From contig CAYQZQ010000001.1 in assembly GCA_964422035.1 (NCBI GenBank), positions 249,013-313,012 on the forward strand: a stretch of 64,000 nucleotides of DNA, in the 5' to 3' direction. Every line of letters begins with the position of its first letter. Position 1 is the first letter of the stretch. This DNA is from an uncultured Pseudomonadales bacterium (GTDB taxonomy: Bacteria; Patescibacteriota; Microgenomatia; UBA1400; Chazhemtobacteraceae). The notes beneath the pieces were generated by a model. The model was not told where the DNA came from. It saw only the letters and a program-made list of their open reading frames with translations, and searched no databases. A program made the translations under genes and the position numbers. Of this stretch, positions 9,508 through 19,111 are shown one piece after another.

Positions 9508-10696
9508 CTTTTTGATAGATATTACTCAATTTACTGGCTATTGATTTGTAACTATATTCTTTTTCTACAAAACGACGAGACTTTTTGGCCATTTTTTCTG
9601 CTTGTTGGGGGTTTTTAATCAGCTGAACCACGTACTGAGCCATTTTCTGGGGATCTTGAGAAACTAGAGCATATTCGCCTTCATTTATTCCCAATCCACT
9701 TATTCCTACAGGAGAGGAAACTATTGGAAGTTGGCTAGCCATGGCGGCCAGAGTTTTTAGTCTGGTCCCCCCCGGTCCAAATAGAGGGGCCACAAAAACA
9801 TCAGAGTTGTGATAAGCGTCGACGATGCCCTGGACATCGTCTTCTGCAAGCTCGTTTATTATCACGGAGTCGTTGGCTAGTTCTTTAAGATCATCGGGTT
9901 GATGTTGACCGACGATGTGAACTTGAGATCTGGGAAGCTGTTTTTGAACTATGGGAAAAACCTTGTTGATTAAGAACTTAGCAGCTTCTGTGTTCTGCAA
10001 CCAGTGAAAGTTGCCGATGAAGAGGAGTTTGGGGCTGTCTGTTTGCCAACTGGTTTTCTTTTTGAATAAATCAAGATTGACCCCGTTGGGGACGATGTTA
10101 ACGTCAAGATCTGGCTCGAGCTGGAGCATTTGCTCTTTGTCCTGTGAGGAGACAGCAATGGCTCTGTCGGCTTTTTGCCAGTAATGGCGCTCCCAGTACT
10201 TTAATTTGGCTACATCAAGATACATAAGGGGTTTAAGCGGCCAGAGAGCCGTCTTTTCTGTGTAGTGCTGATAGACTTTGTATTCGATTGTTTGGTCAAC
10301 TAAAACTACGGGGATATCAGTCTCGGGTATATGAGGCATGGCATAAAAGGTTTCGACGTGGATTAGATCGTAGTCGCCTTTCTGCAGTTCTTTTTCAATG
10401 GCTTTTTTGGCATCAGAGGAAAAGTTTCTGACGACTAGGAAGGGTTTTAGTGAAAAAGCGCTGTTAATTACATTTTTGAATGTAAAAGGTTTTTGGGAGC
10501 GCAGAAAGACTTTAACTTTTTTGCAGAAATCTTTTTCCAGAATAGGTATGTATTGCTTTTCTTTGGGATCTTTAATCAAAGAAAACAAAGTAATGTCGTG
10601 ATCGGATTTTAAGTGCTTGAGAAGATTCTGGGTGCGAATTTGCCCTCCGGAAGAGTCTGGATACGGCAGATATGGGGTGAGCATTAATATCTTCAT
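9494..10696 (-). CDS. Glycosyltransferase family 4
   Basis: LTPYLPYPDSSGGQIRT, VPNGVN, FIGNFHWLQN, GGTRLKTLAAMASQLPIVSS. Confidence 0.9.
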   Translation of the reverse strand: MKILMLTPYLPYPDSSGGQIRTQNLLKHLKSDHDITLFSLIKDPKEKQYIPILEKDFCKKVKVFLRSQKPFTFKNVINSAFSLKPFLVVRNFSSDAKKAIEKELQKGDYDLIHVETFYAMPHIPETDIPVVLVDQTIEYKVYQHYTEKTALWPLKPLMYLDVAKLKYWERHYWQKADRAIAVSSQDKEQMLQLEPDLDVNIVPNGVNLDLFKKKTSWQTDSPKLLFIGNFHWLQNTEAAKFLINKVFPIVQKQLPRSQVHIVGQHQPDDLKELANDSVIINELAEDDVQGIVDAYHNSDVFVAPLFGPGGTRLKTLAAMASQLPIVSSPVGISGLGINEGEYALVSQDPQKMAQYVVQLIKNPQQAEKMAKKSRRFVEKEYSYKSIASKLSNIYQKVANV

Positions 10697-12114
10697 GTTC
10701 GATCTAATTTTACAATGACATAGTCTTCGGTTTTCTCGATAACTTGGTGAGCGGGGTTGTTAAGTATATTACTGGTAGTTTGATCAAAGTTTATAGACAC
10801 ATAGTGGGTAGCACCCTGATCAATTAACTTTGTAAGATCGGTGGTAACAGCCGGCCAGCCCTGTCTTTTAATTTGATAGAGGAAGGCCGTATCACCATTG
10901 TATGGAGCAATCACTTTGGCATCATCAGGAAGTATTCTGTCAGCTTTTTGACCAACGGACACGATAGGAGGATTGTTGATTTTGTAGTATTCACGAACTT
11001 GATACCAGGAGAGGAAAACCATCATACCCAGTGAAAAGATAGATATGAGAATGGTTAGGGGTCTAATTAAGTTATTTTGGGGAGAGAAGAGATAAATTAA
11101 GCCTTTGGCAACAAAGACAGCCACAACTGGAGTGATGATGAACTGATAATAGTCATGAGTAACGTTGCCGCCAGCGAAGATAACCAGATAAGCGAAAATC
11201 CCTAACAACCAAAAGTGATAAAACCATTTCTCGGTCTTGAGTGGTTTTTGTAAAAGCCCAAAGACAAACAGTGGCAGACCCCAGTAGCCTAAGATGAGCT
11301 TTGATAAGCGCTCAGCAAATAACCATCTCCACCAAGCGGGGCGCAGGCGGATGTTGTCCATATTTAAAAGCCAGGCATTGACAGGGATACCGGCAGGGAA
11401 GTTTTGAATCCAGAGGCGCCAAAGAACCAGAGGAATAAAGACCAAAAGCGGATATAAGTAGAAGAGTGGTTTTTTAAAAAGCTTTATGCCCCATTTTTTG
11501 AGAGCTAAGGCAAACAAAGGCAGGAAGAAGAATAAGGTGTAGGGCTTTACCAGTAGAGACGCAGCTAAAAGCAAAGAGGAGATAAGAAAGTTTATGGCTT
11601 TAGTCTCTTCAATCATGCGCACGAAAAAATAGCTGCCAGCCATTAACAAAAAGAGCATTAAAGGCTCTGGCAGGATGGTACGTGAGTAGAAGATATTGAA
11701 AGGCATGATGGCAAGAATAAAAGCTGAAAGAAGAGCAGTTTTAGAGTTGGAAATCTTCTCGATAATTAGATACAAAAAGATGATAGTGCCCAGAGAAAAA
11801 GCAACAGAGAGGGCTCTGCCCCATTGGTCTAGTGTCCAGAAATCGCCGGCTTTGGCCAGTGAGGCATGGATAGCGTTGTAGAGGGGAAACTCAACCATGC
11901 GATAACCTTGAGGATTGTATTCACCTGAGGGGATGTTAGATAAGTCATGATAACTGGGGCGGAGCAGGTCGATGCCGTTTTTAAGATACTGATGTGAGAC
12001 TGAAGCGGTGTCTGCTTGGCGAAATGAATGCCAGTCGGCAACTGGGGCGTCAATTTTGTACCAGCGAGTAAAAAGAGCTAGTGCCAAGATGAGAGTTAAG
12101 GCAATTTTCTTCAT
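10693..12114 (-). CDS. GT-C fold membrane glycosyltransferase (ArnT/PMT-like)
   Basis: Multi-TM; first-loop motif DWHSFRQADT, EFPLY, YSRTILPE, LVKP, HDYYQ. Confidence 0.82.
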   Translation of the reverse strand: MKKIALTLILALALFTRWYKIDAPVADWHSFRQADTASVSHQYLKNGIDLLRPSYHDLSNIPSGEYNPQGYRMVEFPLYNAIHASLAKAGDFWTLDQWGRALSVAFSLGTIIFLYLIIEKISNSKTALLSAFILAIMPFNIFYSRTILPEPLMLFLLMAGSYFFVRMIEETKAINFLISSLLLAASLLVKPYTLFFFLPLFALALKKWGIKLFKKPLFYLYPLLVFIPLVLWRLWIQNFPAGIPVNAWLLNMDNIRLRPAWWRWLFAERLSKLILGYWGLPLFVFGLLQKPLKTEKWFYHFWLLGIFAYLVIFAGGNVTHDYYQFIITPVVAVFVAKGLIYLFSPQNNLIRPLTILISIFSLGMMVFLSWYQVREYYKINNPPIVSVGQKADRILPDDAKVIAPYNGDTAFLYQIKRQGWPAVTTDLTKLIDQGATHYVSINFDQTTSNILNNPAHQVIEKTEDYVIVKLDRT

Positions 12115-12116
12115 GG

Positions 12117-13475
12117 TTATTTTTTATTTATAAAACCAACTGCAAGGCCGGTGTACATCCAAAACAAGGTAGCAACTTTACTGGCTTCAAATACATCCAA
12201 AAATGAAGCTATAGCCAAAAACCCGATCACCATGGAGACAATTCCTACAAGGAATTGATTAACGAAGTTATCTTTGACGATTTTTAATCCCTTGAAAAGG
12301 GCTGCCAGAAGAGAGAGTATGACTGAGGCAAAGGCAACAAAACCAAGAAGACCTGTTTCTCCTATGGCTCTTAGATAGTCATTGTCGGTGGCAAGCCCCA
12401 GCGAGCCGTAGCCTGTGCCCAAGAAGGGGTTTTTCTTAAATGAACGGATGGCCATTGGCCACTCAACATCAAACCTAATTGAAGTTGACCTGTCTTGCTG
12501 GATAGGCCTTAAAGCTGGTGCGGGAGCTGTGTCCTGTTGAGCATAAATTGGCTTGATTAGTAAGCTGCGATCATCAAACACTCCTTTAACTTGCTCTTGC
12601 ACGCTCTTGAACTGCAGAACTTTGATTAAACTACCAAAACGACTGGAGATGGCCGGAGTATTGGCTAAGCCTATTGCCGCTACAACAAAGACAGGAATAA
12701 TCCAGACAGGCTTGCGTGAAAGAAGCAGCGACAAGGGTAGTGAGATTAGAAGAGCAAAGAAAGCGATTCTGGAACCGGTTCGCAGTTGAAGCCAAAACAA
12801 GCCCAGTGAAAGAACTATCAAGAATAATTTCTGCCAGGATTTTTTGACCGCGAAAATTAAAGCTGAAAAGATTGATAAAGTCATGACTAGATAGGTGGCC
12901 AGGTCATAATGGCCGGCAAAAGTAGAGGCTAGATTTACCCCCGGCTCTAGGGTAAGAGCAAAGCCTTTGGAAAATTCAGCATTTTGAGTGGAGATTACAG
13001 GGGCCTTAAGATAAATCTGGGCCAGGCCATAGAAGAGCACCCCGACTGCAGTCACGACAATCACTTCAATGAAAAAACGTAGATTCTTCTTGTTGGCAAG
13101 AATTAAGCCAGCGAAGAAAGGAATAGCGTATTCAATACGTCGCAGCCAGTGAAGGGCAGCTATTTTAATTGAGACTGTGTGAGTTAAGAATGCTCCACTT
13201 ATTGTGGCTAAAAGACCAATTAGAAAGAAGATTATTAGCGACCTAACAACAAGAGATTTTTTAATCTGCTCTAGGTAATACGGTAAAGATAAGAGCAGAA
13301 GAAGAGCCAGGAAGGCGATAATAAAGTCTTCCAGACGAATGGCTACTGAAGTAAAGGGAAGAGTAAATAAGGGGAATTTGGGATACAAGGGAATAAACAC
13401 CAACAGAACTGCAAAGGTGTACTTTATGAGAGTGTTTAGTTTTTGTTTAGACAGATAATGCTTTAAGATAGACAT
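12117..13475 (-). CDS. O-antigen ligase/polymerase-like (Wzy_C/WaaL family) membrane protein
   Basis: Multi-TM; STFAGHYDLA, TGSR, DRSTSIR..W, NPFLGTGYG, TDNDYLRAIGETGLLG. Start uncertain (13475 or 13508). Confidence 0.85.
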   Translation of the reverse strand: MSILKHYLSKQKLNTLIKYTFAVLLVFIPLYPKFPLFTLPFTSVAIRLEDFIIAFLALLLLLSLPYYLEQIKKSLVVRSLIIFFLIGLLATISGAFLTHTVSIKIAALHWLRRIEYAIPFFAGLILANKKNLRFFIEVIVVTAVGVLFYGLAQIYLKAPVISTQNAEFSKGFALTLEPGVNLASTFAGHYDLATYLVMTLSIFSALIFAVKKSWQKLFLIVLSLGLFWLQLRTGSRIAFFALLISLPLSLLLSRKPVWIIPVFVVAAIGLANTPAISSRFGSLIKVLQFKSVQEQVKGVFDDRSLLIKPIYAQQDTAPAPALRPIQQDRSTSIRFDVEWPMAIRSFKKNPFLGTGYGSLGLATDNDYLRAIGETGLLGFVAFASVILSLLAALFKGLKIVKDNFVNQFLVGIVSMVIGFLAIASFLDVFEASKVATLFWMYTGLAVGFINKK

Positions 13476-14331
13476 CCCTTTTTTGTGAATCGTTTTTAAT
13501 AATACCAAAGACTAAAATGCGCAAAAGCGAACCAGCTTTAAATGCAAGTGCAGCAAGTGGCAATTGCCAAGCAGGTTTGTGTTTTCTAAAAAAGTATTTG
13601 ATGCCTTTGATCTCTGAGATAAGAGAGTAGCTAACGGATGAAGACTTGGCTTGAAGATGGGTGATGGTGGCAACTGGATCGTAAATAGCTTTGTAACCTT
13701 GTTTTTTAATCCGGTAGCACAACTCTAGCTCTTCGGCATACATGAAGATGTCAGGATCAAAACCGCCAGTTTTTTCATATACCTTTTTGGGGATGATGCT
13801 GAAAGCACCGGTTACCCAGTCAAGATTTCTTTTTTGGGTGTAGTGAGAAACTGGAGGATGAACTGATTTAATTAGTTTGGAGACAAAGGGTAGATCATCG
13901 ATAAAAAGTTGCCAAGCATATAAATTGCAGAGGGTGGGGAAGTAACCGCCGGTGGGTTGCAAGTCACCATCTTTGTAAACCAGTTTGCAAGTAAAAGCAC
14001 CGATCTTATCAATATTTTTGGCTGCATCTAAAGATGTTTTTAAGGCGTTGTCGTGAAGCAAGGTGTCGGAGTTTAAAAGCAAGATGTATTCACCTTTGGC
14101 CTGCTTAACCGCTTGATTGTTAGCTTTACCAAACCCGAGATTTTCCTTATTAGCAATTAAGTTAACCTGGGAGAATTTTTCTTTTATCATTTTAGGCGAG
14201 CCGTCATGAGAGTCGTTGTCTACAACGATAACTTCAAACTCGATGCCTTTGGTGTGTTTGTAGATGGAGTTGAGACAGTTTTGAGTGTCTTTTTTGGTGT
14301 TGTATGAGGGGATGATAATAGTTAGATCCAT
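13447..14331 (-). CDS. Glycosyltransferase family 2 (WbbL-like)
   Basis: IIIPSYN, VVDNDSHD, NLGFGKANN, LLLNSDT, DWVTGAF, FMYAEELELC. Confidence 0.92.
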   Translation of the reverse strand: MDLTIIIPSYNTKKDTQNCLNSIYKHTKGIEFEVIVVDNDSHDGSPKMIKEKFSQVNLIANKENLGFGKANNQAVKQAKGEYILLLNSDTLLHDNALKTSLDAAKNIDKIGAFTCKLVYKDGDLQPTGGYFPTLCNLYAWQLFIDDLPFVSKLIKSVHPPVSHYTQKRNLDWVTGAFSIIPKKVYEKTGGFDPDIFMYAEELELCYRIKKQGYKAIYDPVATITHLQAKSSSVSYSLISEIKGIKYFFRKHKPAWQLPLAALAFKAGSLLRILVFGIIKNDSQKRDVYLKALSV

Positions 14332-14924
14332 TATTGTTTTAAGTAACTGTTAATACTGGAGACAAAAGTTTTTGAAGAAATAAATAATTGCTTGAAAGCA
14401 AAATATGAAGCAGGAAAGATGGCTGTCCAGATTAAGACTCTGATCAAAAAGCTCGAGTAATAGGGATTGAGAATAATTTTTGAGCGATAAACTTTGTCTT
14501 TGAAGATAATTAATCTTTCGCTAATATCACCTTCTGACAAGTGAGCATATCGGGGAGATTTGCGTGGATTCCAGCCATGAACAAACAGTGACTCTCTTAA
14601 GGGGTGGACAACTTCTTCAAGATAGTAAGAGTCAATGTGTTTTCTAATGTACTTGTCTGCCTCTTCAGGTCGGTAGTTTAGTCTATAAGAAGGGATGGTT
14701 AAGCCAAAGAGCTTAAGAGAAAAATCTTCTTGCAGGGATGGCAAGACTTGTTTTCTTTCCCAGTTGGTGAAGTAAGCTGTTTGATTGGGGTTTTGCCAGG
14801 TATCACCGGGCTCGTCTGATATAGCGGCGTCAGGCAGTTGAGGAACTTTGGGAGCTGGAAGTGATAGATAAACTAAGCCTAAAATATAAACAAGTAAAAC
14901 GGGAATTATAAATATTTTTTTCAT
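14331..14924 (-). CDS. Hypothetical membrane protein (two TM helices flanking an external domain)
   Basis: N- and C-terminal hydrophobic segments; translationally coupled to neighbours; no recognisable catalytic motif. Confidence 0.75.
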   Translation of the reverse strand: MKKIFIIPVLLVYILGLVYLSLPAPKVPQLPDAAISDEPGDTWQNPNQTAYFTNWERKQVLPSLQEDFSLKLFGLTIPSYRLNYRPEEADKYIRKHIDSYYLEEVVHPLRESLFVHGWNPRKSPRYAHLSEGDISERLIIFKDKVYRSKIILNPYYSSFLIRVLIWTAIFPASYFAFKQLFISSKTFVSSINSYLKQ

Positions 14925-14927
14925 AGT

Positions 14928-15563
14928 TTATTGGAATAGACGAGGCCTACCTAAACGATAGTCTAGTTTTTCAAGATTTCTTTTCCCGATTGGTTTGGCA
15001 GGAATACCGCCAACGATGGTTTTTTCAGGAACATCCTTGGTGACGACCGCACCAGCTGCAATGACGGCGCCATCCCCTATTGTTACCCCAGGCAGAATAA
15101 TTACCCGAGGACCAATAAAAACGTAGTCGCCTATTTTGACCGGTTCTTCTGTAGCTGTCATGTCTGGATCGTGGATGTCGTGTTGTGAGTTATAGATCAT
15201 CACCTCTGAGGCGATGTCAGTGTGGGAGCCAATTTGGATAGTGTCGCGACCATCAAGGAAGGCACGGAAGCCAATGATTGTGCCTTTACCAACTTTAATA
15301 TTTTTAGGTTGGAAGAAATGCGCCCCGGTGTGAAAGGTTGAACCTCTACCAATTTTAATACCACAGAGCCTGAAGAAGTTGTTTCTAATCAAGTGAGAAG
15401 GTACCCAGCTTACCCAGAACATAACAAAAAGCTTAAAGTCCAAGTACCAATGATAGAAGCGGTTAAAAATCTTTTTGATGGCAGAGCTTACTTTTAGTTT
15501 GTTGTTGTGCTTATCAACAAAGTATATTCCCTGGGCTGAAATATTAAGATTTAAGATTTTCAT
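14928..15563 (-). CDS. Left-handed beta-helix O-acyltransferase
   Basis: Hexapeptide repeats: [46 protein letters not shown]. Confidence 0.92.
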   Translation of the reverse strand: MKILNLNISAQGIYFVDKHNNKLKVSSAIKKIFNRFYHWYLDFKLFVMFWVSWVPSHLIRNNFFRLCGIKIGRGSTFHTGAHFFQPKNIKVGKGTIIGFRAFLDGRDTIQIGSHTDIASEVMIYNSQHDIHDPDMTATEEPVKIGDYVFIGPRVIILPGVTIGDGAVIAAGAVVTKDVPEKTIVGGIPAKPIGKRNLEKLDYRLGRPRLFQ

Positions 15564-15569
15564 AGGATC

Positions 15570-15578
15570 ATTCTATCA
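15570..15578 (-). promoter_or_regulatory. Extended -10 box (TGaTAGAAT) 6 nt upstream of ATG (leaderless-type)
   Basis: Minus strand ttgaTAGAATgatcctATG; the TG belongs to the upstream TGA stop. Confidence 0.5.
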
Positions 15579-16691
15579 ACTTTTAGCTACTTTCACTAAA
15601 GAGTCAAGGGTTTGCTTGGCTGCTTTGTCCCAAGAGAAGCGCTGAACGTTCTCTTTAGCGAGACTTTTACGCCTGACTCGCTCTTGCTTGGGCATGGAGA
15701 AAGCAGTTCTAAGAGCCTCGGCAATTTGCTTGACTGAGCGAGGGTCTTCTATATATATAGAGGCTGGACCAGCTATTTCTGGCAGGCTGGAGACGTTTGA
15801 TACCACGGTTTGAGCTCCACAAGCTTGGGCTTCGATGACCGGAATCCCAAAACCTTCGTAAAGTGAGGGAAGCACATATGCCTGAGAGGCTTTGTATAGA
15901 GCGGGAATGTCTTGATCAGGAGCAAAGCCGGTGAATATTACATCATCCTCAAGATCAAGATCTTTGACTTGTTGGAATATCTTTTCATAAAGCCAGCCCT
16001 TTTTGCCGACGATTACTAGTTTGCCGGTATTTAAGATTGAAAACGCTTCAATCAGACGAGAGATGTTTTTGCGGGGCTGTAGGGTGCCAAGATACAAAAG
16101 GTACTTGCCTTTAATGGCATATTTTTCTCTAACCTGCTTTTGTTTGGTTAAGGGGACACGACGGTGATAAAGATCTTGGTTGTAGCCTGGGTATATAACC
16201 TTGATCTTTTCTGAGGAAACTTGATAATACTCTTGGATATCTTTTTTTGTAGTTTGGGAGATAGTAGTGATCAACTTAGCTTTTTTGGCAGAAGCTCTTG
16301 TCCAGCGGCGTAGTTGATGCAGGTCTTTGGTTTTAAAATATTTTTCACCAAATTTTTCATAGGACAAATCCATAATAGAAAATACCTGCGGGACTGGAGA
16401 GAATAAGGGAATGTAATGGCTAGGTGAGAAAAAGATATCCGGTCTGGGTTTTTTAAACCATAAATTCCAGGTTAGACCCGTTAGCACCCAGGCCTTTTGA
16501 GGACCGAAAACTTTATAGGTAAAGTTGTCTGAAGGCTCGGGCAAGTCAGGAAGAGGTCTGTCTTTTAGATAAACAACAAATTTGTGCTCTGTATCTAGTT
16601 TGGATAGGTGCTGAATTAATTTAAAAGCTACCTGGTTTACTCCCACTCGCTGAGGAATGTTGGCTTCATTACCATCGATACCTATTATCAT
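15576..16691 (-). CDS. Glycosyltransferase family 4 (MtfB-like)
   Basis: IGIDGNEAN, LGTLQPRKNI, PSLYEGFGIPVIEAQACG. Confidence 0.92.
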   Translation of the reverse strand: MIIGIDGNEANIPQRVGVNQVAFKLIQHLSKLDTEHKFVVYLKDRPLPDLPEPSDNFTYKVFGPQKAWVLTGLTWNLWFKKPRPDIFFSPSHYIPLFSPVPQVFSIMDLSYEKFGEKYFKTKDLHQLRRWTRASAKKAKLITTISQTTKKDIQEYYQVSSEKIKVIYPGYNQDLYHRRVPLTKQKQVREKYAIKGKYLLYLGTLQPRKNISRLIEAFSILNTGKLVIVGKKGWLYEKIFQQVKDLDLEDDVIFTGFAPDQDIPALYKASQAYVLPSLYEGFGIPVIEAQACGAQTVVSNVSSLPEIAGPASIYIEDPRSVKQIAEALRTAFSMPKQERVRRKSLAKENVQRFSWDKAAKQTLDSLVKVAKS

Positions 16692-16700
16692 AGCCTTAGA

Positions 16701-17798
16701 TTATTGGTGATTGTTTATTATCTTTTGATAAACTTCTAACGTTTTTTCGGCAGTCTTTTGCCAAGAAAACTGTTCATTTCTTTGCTGACCTTTTTGTATT
16801 AAATCCTGTCTATTCTCGAACGCTTTGATTATACCAGTTTTGATGCTAGAAACGTCCTCTGGATCAACTTGAACCGCTGCATTACCAGCCACCTCGGGCA
16901 TGCTCGAGACATTACTGGTTACCACTGGTGTCTGGCTGGCAAAAGCATCCAGTATTGGTAAGCCAAAACCTTCATATAAAGAAGTGTATAAAACTAAGGC
17001 TGAGTTTTGATATAAAACAGGGATGTGTCTTTGATCAACAAAGCCTGTGAAGCGAACGTTTGCAGACTGGAGCTTTATCTCCTCTTCTGATGGCCGGCCA
17101 AAGATTGCCAACTGGTGGCTGGGAAGATCTGCTTGTTTGAAGGCCTGGATTTGACGATCGATGTTTTTGCGTGGATGGCCACAGCCGGGAATTAAGATGT
17201 AGGGCTTTTTAATGGCAAGCCTTTTTAGTATCCTTTCTTGTTCTTTTGTTGAAAAGTCTTGTTTTTTGGTTAAGGTGGTGGCCTCGTGAATGACGCTGAT
17301 GCGCTCTGGTTTAATTTTTAATAAATCAACCACATCCTTTTTGGTAGCGTGTGAGGGAGTGATTATATGGTCAGACTCTTTTTTAACCCAGAAAAGCTTC
17401 TTGCGATGAGTGCGCCTTATTGAGCCTGAAGCATACTGAGGGTTTTTCAGATGTGCCAGGTCGTGGATGGTAGTAACTTTAAGGGCATTTCTTACGGGTG
17501 GCTCTGCCCAGTCTGAGGTGTGAACCAGATCAATTGGGCCGGTTAGAAACTCTAAAGGAAGCAGATGCCATGTATTCCAAAGCAAGTTTAGAAACTTGGG
17601 AGGAATCGGCAGAATCTTTTTTTCAGCTGGCAAGCGATTGACTAGAAGCTTAAGCTTTTCTTTTTGACGCAGTGAGCCTGCAAAAAGCAGGAACTGATGA
17701 TCGGAGCCGGCCTTTAGGATATTTTCAACCAGATGTTGAGTGTAGCGAGAGACACCAGTGCCATAAACAATTTGGGAAACGTCGATACATATACGCAT
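16701..17798 (-). CDS. Glycosyltransferase family 4 (MtfB-like)
   Basis: TGVSRY, TIHDL, PRKNI, SLYEGFGLPILDAF, TSNVSSMPEVAG. Confidence 0.92.
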   Translation of the reverse strand: MRICIDVSQIVYGTGVSRYTQHLVENILKAGSDHQFLLFAGSLRQKEKLKLLVNRLPAEKKILPIPPKFLNLLWNTWHLLPLEFLTGPIDLVHTSDWAEPPVRNALKVTTIHDLAHLKNPQYASGSIRRTHRKKLFWVKKESDHIITPSHATKKDVVDLLKIKPERISVIHEATTLTKKQDFSTKEQERILKRLAIKKPYILIPGCGHPRKNIDRQIQAFKQADLPSHQLAIFGRPSEEEIKLQSANVRFTGFVDQRHIPVLYQNSALVLYTSLYEGFGLPILDAFASQTPVVTSNVSSMPEVAGNAAVQVDPEDVSSIKTGIIKAFENRQDLIQKGQQRNEQFSWQKTAEKTLEVYQKIINNHQ

Positions 17799-17802
17799 AA
17801 GC

Positions 17803-19107
17803 TTAGTTTATCGCATCAGCTGATTTATATATATGCAAGGGGCCGACTGAGTCTGTCATTTGATAGTTTTGATAAACGTACTGAAGGACAGATGAGGCGT
17901 ATTTTTTGATACCAACACCCCCGAGAGAGCTTTGGGTGTTGATAATTACCGGAGCTTGAGGGTTGTTTTTTAGGGCATTGATTTGTTTTTGTACAAAATC
18001 AGGATTGGCGTGGTACCAGGGAAGACTGGGAAGATAGATATTGCCAGTGGGAGTTGAGTTGGTTAGCTGATAAAGCTGATCTGGCCCGCCGAGAATATAT
18101 AGCTGATCAAGGTTGGTCTTGCTTTCGATCTGGGCAGCTGTTGTTTGCAAGGAGGAGGGGTTAAAAAAGTTGATAGATTTGAAGGGGTGTATGTAGACAA
18201 GTAAAGACAGAGACAAAGCAACCCAGCCTAAAAGAAGTTTTTTGTTAACTTTTGAGGGAAGCAGGATCAAAATGGTGAGAGCGGCAGGTAAAAGATGAAT
18301 CAGCTCAAAGCGCGGATAAGCGCCGATTGATAGGGTGGCAAAAAAGATAAGTAGTAAGACGAGCTGGTCTTTTTTATGGACGATAAACACTAACAGTAAG
18401 ACTAGTAAGGTGATTATCAGATGATTAAAGTTGGGAGCTTTGGAGGAGAGAGATATGTAAAAACTTGAGTTAAACTGCATTAGCTGTAAGAAGGAGGGCC
18501 ATAACTGGTTTGCGGTTAACCAGATAAGTTGAGAAAGAGGGTACAAGGCGGAGGCAAGGATGAAGCTTGAGCCAAGGCTTTTTCTTTTTTGATAGACCAA
18601 GATTGCAAAAAAGAGCAAAAGAGTGGGGCGGGTACCTAAGGCCAGACCAAAGAGAAGACCTGAGATAACTTTTGCCCAGCTGGACGGATGGAAAAAAAGG
18701 TATAGACCCCAGATGAGAAATAGCAAGATAAAGCTTTCTAGCCAGAAATTACCTGAAGATAAAAGTATATAAGTGATGATGAAACCTGCAAAAACCAAAA
18801 GCTTGTCAACCTTTTGGGAGAGCTTTTTGTTAATCAGCAAAAGAGCGCCTAAGTTGGTTAAAAGCAAAACAGCAAGATAAGCATATAAAGCTGAAGTGGG
18901 TGTGGTGATGGAAAAGAAAGATAAATTAAAGGGACCAAAAAAAATGGCGGGGAAGTGTTGATCAATTAATTGGGTGTAGGGAGTGAGACCCTTGGTGATC
19001 AAGTATGGGTATAGGCTAATCTCGGGGAAGATATAGAAGGCCGAAGTGAAGGTAAAAAACAAATGAAATGAGCTGCCTAGTATGAAGGTTATTACAAGAA
19101 AGATCAT
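17803..19107 (-). CDS. GT-C-like multi-pass membrane protein
   Basis: Many TM helices; first-loop FPE..YPYL..KGLTPY..LIDQHFP resembles the GT-C acidic loop. Start set at ATG 19107 (ORF track 19146). Confidence 0.65.
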   Translation of the reverse strand: MIFLVITFILGSSFHLFFTFTSAFYIFPEISLYPYLITKGLTPYTQLIDQHFPAIFFGPFNLSFFSITTPTSALYAYLAVLLLTNLGALLLINKKLSQKVDKLLVFAGFIITYILLSSGNFWLESFILLFLIWGLYLFFHPSSWAKVISGLLFGLALGTRPTLLLFFAILVYQKRKSLGSSFILASALYPLSQLIWLTANQLWPSFLQLMQFNSSFYISLSSKAPNFNHLIITLLVLLLVFIVHKKDQLVLLLIFFATLSIGAYPRFELIHLLPAALTILILLPSKVNKKLLLGWVALSLSLLVYIHPFKSINFFNPSSLQTTAAQIESKTNLDQLYILGGPDQLYQLTNSTPTGNIYLPSLPWYHANPDFVQKQINALKNNPQAPVIINTQSSLGGVGIKKYASSVLQYVYQNYQMTDSVGPLHIYKSADAIN

Positions 19108-19111
19108 CAGC

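Noticed and set aside
12117-13475. O-antigen ligase as proof of LPS or an outer membrane
   Set aside because: The same family includes protein O-oligosaccharyltransferases and polymerases, and no lipid A or Kdo-transfer genes are in the window
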